64,000 nt of DNA from the IMG/VR virus record IMGVR_UViG_3300005340_000038, positions 1 to 64,000 of that record; one strand, written 5' to 3'. Of the stretch, positions 28,215-37,939 are shown in pieces (positions within the stretch are counted from its first letter, which is position 1; every line of letters starts with the position of its first letter). The position numbers were made by a program, and so were the translations under genes. This DNA is from a virus. The notes under the pieces were generated by a model. That model had not been told where the DNA came from. It made no database searches and saw nothing but the letters and a program-made list of their open reading frames with translations.

Positions 28215-31200
28215 CTATTGCTCAAAGACACCGATATCAGGAGCCGAGCCCAAATAGATATATGAGATGCCCTCGCCCTGTGTCCATGTGATGGCAGGGC
28301 TTACTGTAATAGTCCTTGTCGATATATCGATATTGGTAATCCTGGCCGTTTTTTTCCCGGTCTGCGTCATGATGAGGTCGCCCTTGTACCCCGGTATACC
28401 ATACCCATCAGAAAAACACCGCGCATCGCTGACCACAAACGTTGATGTCGGGCTTGAGGCTGTCGCAGATGTAATGGTCGCCAAAAACACTCCTGCATTG
28501 AGCTGAGCAGAGGACGTCAGGTGAAAGTCGCTATCGTTGACAGAGGCAAACGTTACGGCTGAGGTGATATTATTTGACCAGTTATTGGGGAGGCTGGACT
28601 GCAAAGAAGAAACAGAAAGCACAGTACCGAGATTGGTTGGGTTTGGATCAGGGTCGCCGCCATACCTAACATCATCTATGATGTCATTCCCGCGCCAGAC
28701 ATTCTCGGAGCGTCCGTTGATTTCCTGACCTCCAAACCAGATATCGCTCTTCCCCAACGAATTGTATATATTGTTCAGAAAAATATTATTCAATACATCA
28801 AGATAAGCGGGGGAAGAACTGTTCCTATACATACCATTCTGGTCAGTATTATAAATAACATTATGTGCCCAGCACTGTTCCTTAGTGCCTTGGTCAAAAG
28901 AAATTTGGCCATTATTATTGAGTGAATTTCGGCGAATGATATTACCGAGTGCTAAAACATACTGAGTAGAAGATTGCGCACCAGATGCATTACCTGTTCC
29001 AGTCTGAATGCCTGACTGATCCCCAGCGGCTCTAGAGGCATTGGTCCCATAGAGCCAGCCATTTTGCGTGGCAATAATTCCTGAATCGAGAATTATATTA
29101 TCTTCCAAGACATCAAATTGAGATGAATACAGAGCCACATTTGAATGCCACGTATTGCGAATTTTATTTCGTCTGTAAATATTATGATGAGTTGGGTTGC
29201 CTACGCTAGAAGCTGCGTTAAGAGCGACATGCCTGCAATTGCCAATATCATTATCCTCAACTAAATTGTGATCAGCGCCACCAAGTGGGCGAAAACAATC
29301 CTGGTACCCCTTGCAATTATTTGTGCAGGATTGTGTTGTGATGTCGTTAGCAACCGACTGATTACCACGGATCAAATTATAATCACCGCTCCAGCGTATA
29401 GCGTTGCCGCCACCAGTGATATTTGTTTGGGTGAGCACGTTATCGCGTATGATATTGCGATTGCCTGAATCAATCAGCACTGCCGTTCCACTCACATTAT
29501 TGATATGCATGCCCGCAATGACGATATATGATTTTCCAGTCAGGTCTGCCCCATTGCCGCTTGTTCCGGCCCCTCCGCTGCCATCTCTCAGGATGATGGC
29601 GGTCTCTCCAGGATACGCTAAGTAGGAAATATACGCGCTGGCATTGCCGTTGTTGGTGGGTTGAATTTGCTGATAATAAGTACCGCCTCTAATCCACACC
29701 GTCTGCCCGGCTTGGAGTGCGCCATTCGCCTTGCTGATCGTTTTCCAGGGCTGGCTGATCGTTCCGGGATTGCTATCACTGGCTGATGCCGATGTCGAAA
29801 CGTAATACTGAGTGCCCGTGTTGACGACGACAGTCGTAGAATCGCTAAAGGGTACACCCGTATCTCCCTGGCAGGTAATGATGTAATTGGTTGTACTAGT
29901 TGGAGATACCGCAAACGATCCGTTCGTTGACTTAGCCCCTGTCCATGCACCCGCCGTGGTCGCCGCACAAGAACTAGCGTACATCGATGACCATGTCAGG
30001 GTTGTACTTTGGCCTGTTGTAATAACGCTAGGATTAGATCCAATCGTAGCAACGGCATTAACCGTGCCGCCACCACTTGGCGATGACTGGGTGACAGTAG
30101 AAGTACGGAAGGAGGGCGTTGTAGATATATTCCCAGATGTGTCATATGTCCACATGCGATAGCAGTAAGATGTATTCGGGGTCAGCCCAGAATCTGTAAA
30201 TGTAGTTAGCGAGGTATCGCCTATAAATATCCACGGAGAACAGGAATCTGTCGACCCACTGCAAACACCCAAACAATGCTGAACATGATAATGATCGACT
30301 GCCACATTATCGGTGGCTGCGCTCCAATTGAGATCGATGGCTGTAGAGGGAGACGTAGAGTTTGGCGCTGCCGATATGGTCGTGACAATACCAGGGGGCT
30401 GCGTGTCGGGGGCAATAATATTATTTATCGTAAGCGAAACGCCGGCAGAGGTCGCAGTGAGTCCAGAGCCATTATACGCCTTAGCCGTCAAGAGGGCGGT
30501 GCCATTCGCCCTTTGGGTAGTATTGAATGATAGAGCCCAGGGAGCTATTGTCACCTCGCCAAGCAGGGCAGTCCCCCAATAATATTCAACCGCGACAATG
30601 CCAGAGACGGTGTCCGCTGGATTAGACGTGAGATTAATGGTACCGCTATACGTTCCGGCGCTAGGCGATGTGATGGATACCGTAGGGGCCGAATTGTCTA
30701 CAGTTATGGCTACAGGTTCGGCAAAAACACTATTGCCGACATTATCGAGCAATTTGATCTTCGCCTGGAGTACCGTACCATCTGCCTGAGTGAGTGGATA
30801 GGTGCCCTCAAACGGGCTTGTACTATCTATTATGCCAACCGCACTATCGTTTATATAGAGTTGGGCTCCCGACACGCCAGAATTCTCATCAGACATCTCA
30901 ACACTCCATGGTAGTGTGTTGGAGACATATTGGTCAGATTCTGGCGAGGAGCTATCAATAGATGGCGGAGTGACATCTATCATGACCATTTGTGCTGATG
31001 AGTCTGTATAATGATTATCTACATCTAGGCAACGGACCTTCACCGTCACGCTGGCATCAGAGGTATAGGGTGCGGTCCAAGTACCAGAAAATGGGGGTAT
31101 AGTATCAGGCGTTCCCACGGGAGACCCATCAGCCAAGAGTTGCATGGATTGGATCGGCACAGATGAATCACACGTCGCATTCCAGTCCACAGTACCGCCT

Positions 31201-31403
31201 AGATAGTAGGGGTTTGACCCCACCTTGTCCGGTAAAGTCAGAACCACGTTGCCCGGCGTAGGTACGATCGTCATGACCGACGGGTAGCTTATAGCAGGCA
31301 TTCCACCCGGGAAACTGGGAGTCGCAGCATTAGCCCTGGCGTAATAATCTACGCAGCACAAAATGAATAATGCGACAGCCAACGTGGCGCTGAACACTCT
31401 CAT
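28215..31403 (-). CDS. Secreted Ig-like/FN3/beta-helix protein
   Basis: Signal peptide (ARANA/AT), three Ig-like repeats, W.AATDNVAV FN3, YYVS...SDSNPGTISQPWKTI, APDIGVFE end. Confidence 0.75.
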   Translation of the reverse strand: MRVFSATLAVALFILCCVDYYARANAATPSFPGGMPAISYPSVMTIVPTPGNVVLTLPDKVGSNPYYLGGTVDWNATCDSSVPIQSMQLLADGSPVGTPDTIPPFSGTWTAPYTSDASVTVKVRCLDVDNHYTDSSAQMVMIDVTPPSIDSSSPESDQYVSNTLPWSVEMSDENSGVSGAQLYINDSAVGIIDSTSPFEGTYPLTQADGTVLQAKIKLLDNVGNSVFAEPVAITVDNSAPTVSITSPSAGTYSGTINLTSNPADTVSGIVAVEYYWGTALLGEVTIAPWALSFNTTQRANGTALLTAKAYNGSGLTATSAGVSLTINNIIAPDTQPPGIVTTISAAPNSTSPSTAIDLNWSAATDNVAVDHYHVQHCLGVCSGSTDSCSPWIFIGDTSLTTFTDSGLTPNTSYCYRMWTYDTSGNISTTPSFRTSTVTQSSPSGGGTVNAVATIGSNPSVITTGQSTTLTWSSMYASSCAATTAGAWTGAKSTNGSFAVSPTSTTNYIITCQGDTGVPFSDSTTVVVNTGTQYYVSTSASASDSNPGTISQPWKTISKANGALQAGQTVWIRGGTYYQQIQPTNNGNASAYISYLAYPGETAIILRDGSGGAGTSGNGADLTGKSYIVIAGMHINNVSGTAVLIDSGNRNIIRDNVLTQTNITGGGNAIRWSGDYNLIRGNQSVANDITTQSCTNNCKGYQDCFRPLGGADHNLVEDNDIGNCRHVALNAASSVGNPTHHNIYRRNKIRNTWHSNVALYSSQFDVLEDNIILDSGIIATQNGWLYGTNASRAAGDQSGIQTGTGNASGAQSSTQYVLALGNIIRRNSLNNNGQISFDQGTKEQCWAHNVIYNTDQNGMYRNSSSPAYLDVLNNIFLNNIYNSLGKSDIWFGGQEINGRSENVWRGNDIIDDVRYGGDPDPNPTNLGTVLSVSSLQSSLPNNWSNNITSAVTFASVNDSDFHLTSSAQLNAGVFLATITSATASSPTSTFVVSDARCFSDGYGIPGYKGDLIMTQTGKKTARITNIDISTRTITVSPAITWTQGEGISYIYLGSAPDIGVFEQ

Positions 31404-31420
31404 ACAGATCTCATGTGAGG

Positions 31421-31750
31421 TTAGAATCCGTGCTGCCAGACGTAATCCCAGAATTTTTCCTTGAGATCGCTAGAAAACTTATGCACCCAGTCGTCGGCGC
31501 TTTTATCGATATCGTCTGAGCTTTCAATATCGTGGTCTGTAATCTCGTTGGTCACCGGAAAATGAAAGGTTTGTTGAGGATTGGAACGATATACCATCTC
31601 AGCCCGCACCTCGGTTTTGATGGGGCCGCGTTCATAAAGGACCGATGTCACTACCGCATTACCGCGAAGCAATTGTAGGTTCAGGTTATACATGAAGTCC
31701 TGTACCTTGCCGCTTGGCCACTCGGGTTCCATCTCATCAAACGGTCGCAT
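31421..31750 (-). CDS. Hypothetical protein
   Basis: 109 aa, GAGG RBS. Confidence 0.5.
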   Translation of the reverse strand: MRPFDEMEPEWPSGKVQDFMYNLNLQLLRGNAVVTSVLYERGPIKTEVRAEMVYRSNPQQTFHFPVTNEITDHDIESSDDIDKSADDWVHKFSSDLKEKFWDYVWQHGF

Positions 31751-31760
31751 AAACTACCTC

Positions 31761-32351
31761 TTAACCTAAATTCTCAAGGCCAAGACTCAGCACGGCCTGT
31801 GCCCACACTTGGCGTTCTACTTCGAGTTCATTCTCAGATGCGTCGATCTCGACCCACCCCGGCATTGTGCTCATCGAGCGGTATATCTCGCGGACTCTTT
31901 CGAGGTATCCAGCAGAGCGCGTAAATTCAGAATGACGGTGCCTATCCTGCCTTTTGATGGATAGGTCAGGCTCCAAATCGAGATAAATCAGAAGGTCAGG
32001 ACGCAGCGCCCATGCCTGGTGGAGCTGATAAATCACTTGAATATCGACCCCCTTCGCACCCTGATAGGCCATCGTCGAGTAGTAGTAACGGTCCTGTATG
32101 GCAATGTCGCACGGGGTATAGTCCTGTATCCCTGCCTGCGCCGCTCGGTCGGCCATATACAGCCCCGTCTCCACCCACGGGTCGAGGCCCTCAGCATATT
32201 TAGCGAGGCGACCGAAGTAACTCCAGCTCGGCTCTTTGTGCAACACGACACGTAGCCCAGACTGACGCAACCGCTGCATGAGGCGCCTGGCCTGCGAGGT
32301 CTTGCCGGAGCCGTTGAGCCCCTCAAATACGATGAGCCGTTGATTGGTCAT
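31761..32351 (-). CDS. tmk: Thymidylate (dTMP) kinase
   Basis: IVFEGLNGSGKTSQ P-loop, KEP, ADR, QDRYYYSTMAYQG, PDLLIYLD. Confidence 0.88.
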   Translation of the reverse strand: MTNQRLIVFEGLNGSGKTSQARRLMQRLRQSGLRVVLHKEPSWSYFGRLAKYAEGLDPWVETGLYMADRAAQAGIQDYTPCDIAIQDRYYYSTMAYQGAKGVDIQVIYQLHQAWALRPDLLIYLDLEPDLSIKRQDRHRHSEFTRSAGYLERVREIYRSMSTMPGWVEIDASENELEVERQVWAQAVLSLGLENLG

Positions 32352-32355
32352 AGCC

Positions 32356-32553
32356 CTACTCTGATGCCCTAGTGCCAGTCCCGGGATGCGAATAGAATCC
32401 CACAGCCGTCGCACCTGCCAAGACAGCGCCCACAAGGAGCCGTGCCCATTCAGGGGTATCTGCTGGCATATTGGCAGAGAAGAACCCCAGCACGGCTAGA
32501 ACAAACCCGATCAGCGTCAACACCCACGATGGAATGCCTGTTTGCTCTGCCAT
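32356..32553 (-). CDS. Holin-like two-TM protein
   Basis: 65 aa, two hydrophobic helices. Confidence 0.45.
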   Translation of the reverse strand: MAEQTGIPSWVLTLIGFVLAVLGFFSANMPADTPEWARLLVGAVLAGATAVGFYSHPGTGTRASE

Positions 32554-32810
32554 TACGCCACCATGCTCGCATTTTTAATCGCTACCGTATTGTCAATAAC
32601 CGTGCTGGCCACAGCCATCAACTTGCCACGGTCTACGGCGGCGAATTGAGGGTCACTTTGTTGGCACGTATCAATGCAAGACTCAACCGCATCCATCACT
32701 AGCTTCTTTTTCTCGGGGCCTGCGCCTTGCTGGTCAATAATGTCGACTACGCTTTTGACAGACGAAACTAACGCAGGGAGAATTTGCAGAATCAACAGAA
32801 AAACACCCAT
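32553..32810 (-). CDS. Small membrane-associated protein (holin-associated-like)
   Basis: Hydrophobic N-terminus then GAGPEKK motif. Confidence 0.45.
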   Translation of the reverse strand: MGVFLLILQILPALVSSVKSVVDIIDQQGAGPEKKKLVMDAVESCIDTCQQSDPQFAAVDRGKLMAVASTVIDNTVAIKNASMVA

Positions 32811-32826
32811 TTGTATGCTGCCTCAC

Positions 32827-32929
32827 AAAATAAAAAAGGCCGGAGCACCCCTAATCTGGGGTATTGCTCCGGCCTGAGTGGGCTAGCCCTGCATGGGAGG
32901 GCCGCTCTAAGTACCGCGTATTTTGTTTT
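32827..32929 (-). promoter_or_regulatory. Structured 5' leader ending in intrinsic terminator (copy B)
   Basis: Minus strand: GCCCT/AGGGC hairpin then AGGCCGGAGCA...TGCTCCGGCCT stem and T-tract just before 32810 start. Confidence 0.65.
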
Positions 32930-32995
32930 CTGATGCGTCGAGAGATGTCAACTAATTATGACACATTGCGCTTTAAAATGCATCAAATTGCGAAC

Positions 32996-35041
32996 TTATG
33001 GCGATACAGTTGCAAGCGCCTGAATGTCCGAATTCGATAGCGACGTGTTATATATCCGCACATCATCAATGAGGCCATCGAATTGCCCCACTGTCGTCGA
33101 GACATTCGCGCCGATAATCAGCGAGTTGGTATTCGTAATCGCCTGCGCGGTCGTCGTATTCGATGCCACGCTAACCCCGTTGACAAATATCGCATGGCCG
33201 CTTGAGCTGGCTCTGCACGCGATGTGATACCACTGGTTGGGATTGAAATTGCTTGAGGCATAAGTCAGCGTGGCATTCCAAGCCCGGCCCATCCCGCACC
33301 GAAGACTATTCTGGTAGAACACGAGGAAATAGCTATTGCTGAAATTCCAATCGCCCTTCATCAGAATCGTGTCGCCAAAGCTGGTATTGGTGTCGAGGGT
33401 ATCCATCTTCACCCATGCCGAGATCGTCATAGCTGTCGAGGGATTCAGCGCGGAGGCATGAGGAATCTGGGCATAGTCATGTGACCCATCGAGCGATATC
33501 GCCTGGCCAATCTTGCCCGTAGTGAATAGCGGGCATCCAAGCAAATCTCCGTTGTAGTTGCCGAATGCGTCATCTGCCGAATTGTCAAACTCGTATTTAG
33601 CGACAGGGGTAGGCACTGAAACCGTAGGCACGGTATCGCCAGCTAATTCATTGAGATAGTTCTCTAAATTGCTGTAGCCGTTCGAAGCTATTTTGGGGCC
33701 ATCAAGGTCATTAACAGGGCTATTAGGGTTGAGACCATGCTGTGTTTCCCACGTATCCGGGATGCCGTCATTGTCAGAGTCAGCAGGAGCCGCAGCACTT
33801 GCGTAGGGAGGGAACTGTACACAGCTCTCAATCGTTATCGGCGGCGGGTTTCCCGTGCCACAGATGCCACCCGTGTTATTATTGACGTACCCGAGGACTT
33901 TATTATCAATGGGATCGCGCTTAGGCACCGTTGCGCCAGCCCGAGCAATGACTTGGGCTTTAGAGGCTACAGCAGTGGTCTCAGTAGGAATAACCGGACC
34001 ACCAGATACACGGTTCGTCGACTGCATCGTGTAGGCCTGTCCCCCGATATCTACCATGGCAAACTCTGACCCCGTCGATGCATCCGGGCGCCTAACCGTA
34101 TGCACATTCCCCTTGATGAAATAATCCGATGCTGCCTGGTCCTCTGGCTTGCATTCCCAACTGCTAGCATATCCACAGCCGACGGTCAGGATATTGGATG
34201 CGCCCCGGTTGAGCCAGTTATATGCAATATCAGCGTGGATAGCATCGTATTCTGCCCAGGCGTAGATGCACTGCGACTCACACATATAGACCACGTTGTT
34301 GATAATCTGCGTGTAATCTGCGCCTACCGTCGGTGTACGCTTGGCGATATTGCTAAACAAATTGTGCAAATACGAGGTGTGTATATCCGACGTCTGCCCA
34401 CCTCCAACCCAACTACCACCTGCCGACCCCGCACCGCCTGCTGAAACCTGTTTGAGCGTCTCCGAGATAAATGACCACTGGAGCGTACAGTTGATATTGG
34501 CTCCGTCGGTTAGCGACGAGCAAGACCAAAAGTCGTCTGTGCTCCAGCCACCCGAGATATGATCGAAGATGACATAGTTTATCCCTGGCCCCTGCCCCGC
34601 AGAAACCCCGTTGGTATTGTCCGTGATGGGAGACGTTCGTCCAGGCCCCCGTATGCGACAATGCCTCACAATGACATTATTTGTGGCCTGAAACCCGAGC
34701 GCCCCGCTGACTGGCGGTCCCTTGATCATAATTCCATCGCCCGGTGCTGTCTGGCATGCTAGCGTCACATTGCTCTTTATGCTACCAATCTGCGAGCTTA
34801 GCGTTATCGTCCCGCCAACTGTAAAGATAATCGTGCGCGTACCCGTCTGCTGTAAACAACTCCGCAAGCTACCCGTACCGCTGTCATTGAGGTTCGTCAC
34901 TTTACAGACAACACCACCACGACCCCCAGATGCAAACCGGCCAAATCCCTCAGCCGTAGGGAACGCGAGTTGCTGTGCTTGAGCCGGAACCCATACTGCC
35001 AGGAGACATATCGCCAATATTAAGCCAGAAAAATACCGCAT
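32996..35041 (-). CDS. Secreted PL1-like pectate lyase with C-terminal LamG domain
   Basis: Signal peptide; AFPTAEGFG.FASGGRGG, VTNLNDSGTGSLR, QTAPGDG, DSDNDGIPD.WE, FDGLIDDVRIYN. Confidence 0.85.
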   Translation of the reverse strand: MRYFSGLILAICLLAVWVPAQAQQLAFPTAEGFGRFASGGRGGVVCKVTNLNDSGTGSLRSCLQQTGTRTIIFTVGGTITLSSQIGSIKSNVTLACQTAPGDGIMIKGPPVSGALGFQATNNVIVRHCRIRGPGRTSPITDNTNGVSAGQGPGINYVIFDHISGGWSTDDFWSCSSLTDGANINCTLQWSFISETLKQVSAGGAGSAGGSWVGGGQTSDIHTSYLHNLFSNIAKRTPTVGADYTQIINNVVYMCESQCIYAWAEYDAIHADIAYNWLNRGASNILTVGCGYASSWECKPEDQAASDYFIKGNVHTVRRPDASTGSEFAMVDIGGQAYTMQSTNRVSGGPVIPTETTAVASKAQVIARAGATVPKRDPIDNKVLGYVNNNTGGICGTGNPPPITIESCVQFPPYASAAAPADSDNDGIPDTWETQHGLNPNSPVNDLDGPKIASNGYSNLENYLNELAGDTVPTVSVPTPVAKYEFDNSADDAFGNYNGDLLGCPLFTTGKIGQAISLDGSHDYAQIPHASALNPSTAMTISAWVKMDTLDTNTSFGDTILMKGDWNFSNSYFLVFYQNSLRCGMGRAWNATLTYASSNFNPNQWYHIACRASSSGHAIFVNGVSVASNTTTAQAITNTNSLIIGANVSTTVGQFDGLIDDVRIYNTSLSNSDIQALATVSP

Positions 35042-35545
35042 CTACTCGTCATCCATCTCGTCGTCGGTTACTGCACTCGGGTCGTATAGCGAGTGCAACC
35101 ATGCGTTGGGGGCCATTGAGTATACCAAATGCTGCACGAGCGCGTCGCGGCCTGGGAAGCCCCACTTGCTGCCCCGCCTACGCCTGCGAGCAATCTGCCC
35201 TGCCTGCGCTTTCTCGCCCGCCTTGATGACTGTAGGCCCCTCGTTGTTGCCTTTGTAGCGCAGCCCTCTCAGGGGCCGCATGTAGACCCAATCGATGCCG
35301 TAGCGGTCCATCAGGTCATTCATGCGATGCTCACCGATGCGAGCCGTTCTCGCTGCCATGCGCTTGGTGACATTCGGGTCTGCTGCGAGTTTACGAATGA
35401 TCTCTACGCGAGGATCAATGGGGCGAGTGGTGTCTACCTCGTCGGGGAGATCATCAAGGTCATATTCGCTCGGGTTATAGCCGACATAATCGAGTTGATT
35501 CATGCGGATCGAATGCCTCTCAATTCCTGTGCTTCCAAGACTCAT
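35042..35545 (-). CDS. Hypothetical protein (possible HTH)
   Basis: Start uncertain; AARTARIG HTH-like segment. Confidence 0.4.
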   Translation of the reverse strand: MSLGSTGIERHSIRMNQLDYVGYNPSEYDLDDLPDEVDTTRPIDPRVEIIRKLAADPNVTKRMAARTARIGEHRMNDLMDRYGIDWVYMRPLRGLRYKGNNEGPTVIKAGEKAQAGQIARRRRRGSKWGFPGRDALVQHLVYSMAPNAWLHSLYDPSAVTDDEMDDE

Positions 35546-35750
35546 GATATTCGTCGTCGTAGCCCTCGTCATCCCCAGCATGCGCCGCCTCACATGCCTC
35601 GCATTCGGCATAGCACAGCGCCACGTATGCCGCTGAGCATAGATAAATCCGGTAGGCATAAAACGCGATGGCGACCATTGCCCCTGCAACAATGGCACCG
35701 ATCAGAACATAGGCGAGAGGTGCATAGGCGGTCAGCGTGGCGATGGGCAT
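35520..35750 (-). CDS. Small membrane protein
   Basis: Hydrophobic N-terminus, acidic tail. Confidence 0.4.
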   Translation of the reverse strand: MPIATLTAYAPLAYVLIGAIVAGAMVAIAFYAYRIYLCSAAYVALCYAECEACEAAHAGDDEGYDDEYHESWKHRN

Positions 35751-35911
35751 GGGTTACCCTTTCGGCGCGGGATAGAGTTGTCGAGCGAGATGCCAGATTG
35801 ACCACGATTCGCAATCATCACAGCAATCTCGATACCACGGGATACGCGACCATTCATGGCAGATGATACAGCGCGAGTGCAAAGACTGAACCTCCTACCC
35901 AAAAGTATACC

Positions 35912-36277
35912 CTACAACCCCATCTCGTTCGCAAATATGACCGTAAGCCCGCGCTTCTTCGCCTTCCTCACCATGTCCGCCGTGCCGTTGTTCCCAGGGA
36001 ACGCAATACATATCGCATCGTCTGAGACGTATGCAGCCATCTCAGTGTTTCGCCTGATCGGAGCCATCCGGTCGGGGTATTCGCCATAGGTCGGCAGCAT
36101 CACTTTGACCGGGATGCCCTTGCTCTTAGCCCAGGCGTGCGCGTCTCGGTCAACGCCACGCGCACCACCATGAACGACCTCGGTGAAGTGATACTTGGCG
36201 TGCAAGGCGTTGAGGATCGCTATGCCACGGGGGTCGATAAACTCGTCTCTGCCGCCGCATATGATTGCTTGCACCAT
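35912..36277 (-). CDS. YspA-like SLOG family (DUF2493) protein
   Basis: IICGGRD, VVHGGARGVD, PIRRNTEM, IAFPGNNGTADM. Confidence 0.85.
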   Translation of the reverse strand: MVQAIICGGRDEFIDPRGIAILNALHAKYHFTEVVHGGARGVDRDAHAWAKSKGIPVKVMLPTYGEYPDRMAPIRRNTEMAAYVSDDAICIAFPGNNGTADMVRKAKKRGLTVIFANEMGL

Positions 36278-36279
36278 GC

Positions 36280-36510
36280 CTATACAGCTCCGATGAATGC
36301 AATGCATACAGCCGATGGATCCATCTGTTTCTGGCGAAGACATGCCTCTAGCTCGCCTATTGTTGGCTGCGACGCAACCATTCCATCATCAGTGGCAGCA
36401 ACCCAAGTATTCTTGGGCAGATGATTACGGTTATCCTGAATCCACAACCATCCGCCAACGCCTAGATGTGATGCGGCCGTTTTCGTAGCGTCCTGGCGAT
36501 CATAAGTCAC
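36280..36510 (-). CDS. DUF5678-like small protein
   Basis: WVAA...MVAS...L pattern. Confidence 0.4.
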   Translation of the reverse strand: MTYDRQDATKTAASHLGVGGWLWIQDNRNHLPKNTWVAATDDGMVASQPTIGELEACLRQKQMDPSAVCIAFIGAV

Positions 36511-36686
36511 TGTTATAGGCTCCTCACTTCCCTAACGCTCATGGCGGAACTGTGTACGCTTACGCTTCTCGACACGTCGATTCGCCGCCCGCAGTTTATC
36601 GCCATAGGCACTGCGCCCGTTGGCAATAATATCGAGATACGCTGCCCATCTGATCCTATCTCTCTGTCTCTTTGTGGCAGCCACAA

Positions 36687-37034
36687 CTAGCCCAAACCAG
36701 GAAGACAAGCAACTTTAATAGCGGCTTCATAATTCCTGATTGCATCACATAGAGGACTCTCTTTCGAGATAGACTTGCTCCTAAGGGCAATGACATCTTC
36801 ATCAATCTGTGCAATATCTAATGCCATTGCAATATGTAAAAGTTCTGCCAATATGGCAGGCTGCTCATCGGCATCTTTAATTATCTCTTTTATAGCTCCA
36901 ATAATTTCATCACGACTACAGCCTCTCGCCATCCTATACATTAGGAGGATTTTGCTAGAACCTTCCCAATTCTTATTATGACTCGCATCTAATTCTGATA
37001 GCATTCGGTATTTATATTCAACCAAATCAGTCAC
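36687..37034 (-). CDS. Hypothetical protein
   Basis: 115 aa, GGAGG RBS. Confidence 0.5.
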   Translation of the reverse strand: MTDLVEYKYRMLSELDASHNKNWEGSSKILLMYRMARGCSRDEIIGAIKEIIKDADEQPAILAELLHIAMALDIAQIDEDVIALRSKSISKESPLCDAIRNYEAAIKVACLPGLG

Positions 37035-37084
37035 TGCCTACCTCCATTCATGTCGGTCTTTCTGTCGCTTGCTCATTGCCACGG

Positions 37085-37429
37085 CTACTTCGCCCCCCTG
37101 CCCTTGCCCCACGCAATCAGCTCTTCCATACCATCGGCGCAGATGTCTAGCAGGTCGGTGCCGATCTTGCGCCAACGAGTTAGAGCATCTATCTCAGGCT
37201 CTGCATGAGCATCCTTGGCTCTACCTTCCTCTTTGCCAGTAGGTAGAGGGTCAATAGAGAGAATAATTTTCTTATAGGTGTGATTAAAATCTACAGATTT
37301 AACAGTACGCCAATGCCTTAGCATATCTCCAAATATAACAATATCATATCCATTCATGTCACAAATAAGGTCATTTACAGACTCAGGCTTTGATGCTTTG
37401 AACTTCTCTATCATCGTATGCAGAATCAT
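37085..37429 (-). CDS. Hypothetical protein
   Basis: 114 aa, GGAG RBS. Confidence 0.5.
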   Translation of the reverse strand: MILHTMIEKFKASKPESVNDLICDMNGYDIVIFGDMLRHWRTVKSVDFNHTYKKIILSIDPLPTGKEEGRAKDAHAEPEIDALTRWRKIGTDLLDICADGMEELIAWGKGRGAK

Positions 37430-37438
37430 ATCAACTCC

Positions 37439-37726
37439 CTATTCCTTAGCTACCCAGATCGGTAAATCTATATCCTCATCACTCTGCAAATACCCTACTA
37501 CATACCACTCGCGTCCCTCATCCATCTCGGCCATCAAGAGAGCCGTTCCGTCTTCCAGCCCCTCTGGTCTCGCTAAACTGAAGCGATAGAACGGCGGCGC
37601 GATGTCTTCTGCCCACGCTCTCACGCAGGGCAGTTCCAGAAGAGCATCAAGGCTGCCTATAACGTATGGCTCTGGCTGTAGTCCATCAACAAATCCTGGG
37701 ACATGCGGACGAATCGTGATTGCCAT
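37439..37726 (-). CDS. Hypothetical protein
   Basis: 95 aa in tight operon. Confidence 0.5.
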   Translation of the reverse strand: MAITIRPHVPGFVDGLQPEPYVIGSLDALLELPCVRAWAEDIAPPFYRFSLARPEGLEDGTALLMAEMDEGREWYVVGYLQSDEDIDLPIWVAKE

Positions 37727-37936
37727 TTAACCCCCTGTTGTCTCATCTAAATCAAACACATCAACCTGCCCATTCCGTCTCAGCCATCGCACGAGATTAT
37801 CTAGCGGCTGGCCTACGAATCGTCGCGTGATCGGTGCTGTATCGCGTATGACCTCCCTGCCGCCAACCGACTCTGTGCGGACGTAGACGGCTATCGGCTG
37901 ACGACGAGGGAGATAGCCAGCAACTTGCAGGCGCAT
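37727..37936 (-). CDS. Small hypothetical protein
   Basis: 69 aa, APITRRFVGQ motif common in phage small genes. Confidence 0.45.
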   Translation of the reverse strand: MRLQVAGYLPRRQPIAVYVRTESVGGREVIRDTAPITRRFVGQPLDNLVRWLRRNGQVDVFDLDETTGG

Positions 37937-37939
37937 GGA

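Noticed and set aside
32662-32678. Possible sigma54 promoter TGGCACGTATCAATGCA
   Set aside because: GG-to-GC spacing is 11 rather than 10 nt, and it lies antisense within a CDS.
15600-35041. Diversity-generating retroelement acting on the adhesin-like genes
   Set aside because: No reverse transcriptase and no TR/VR pair seen by eye.
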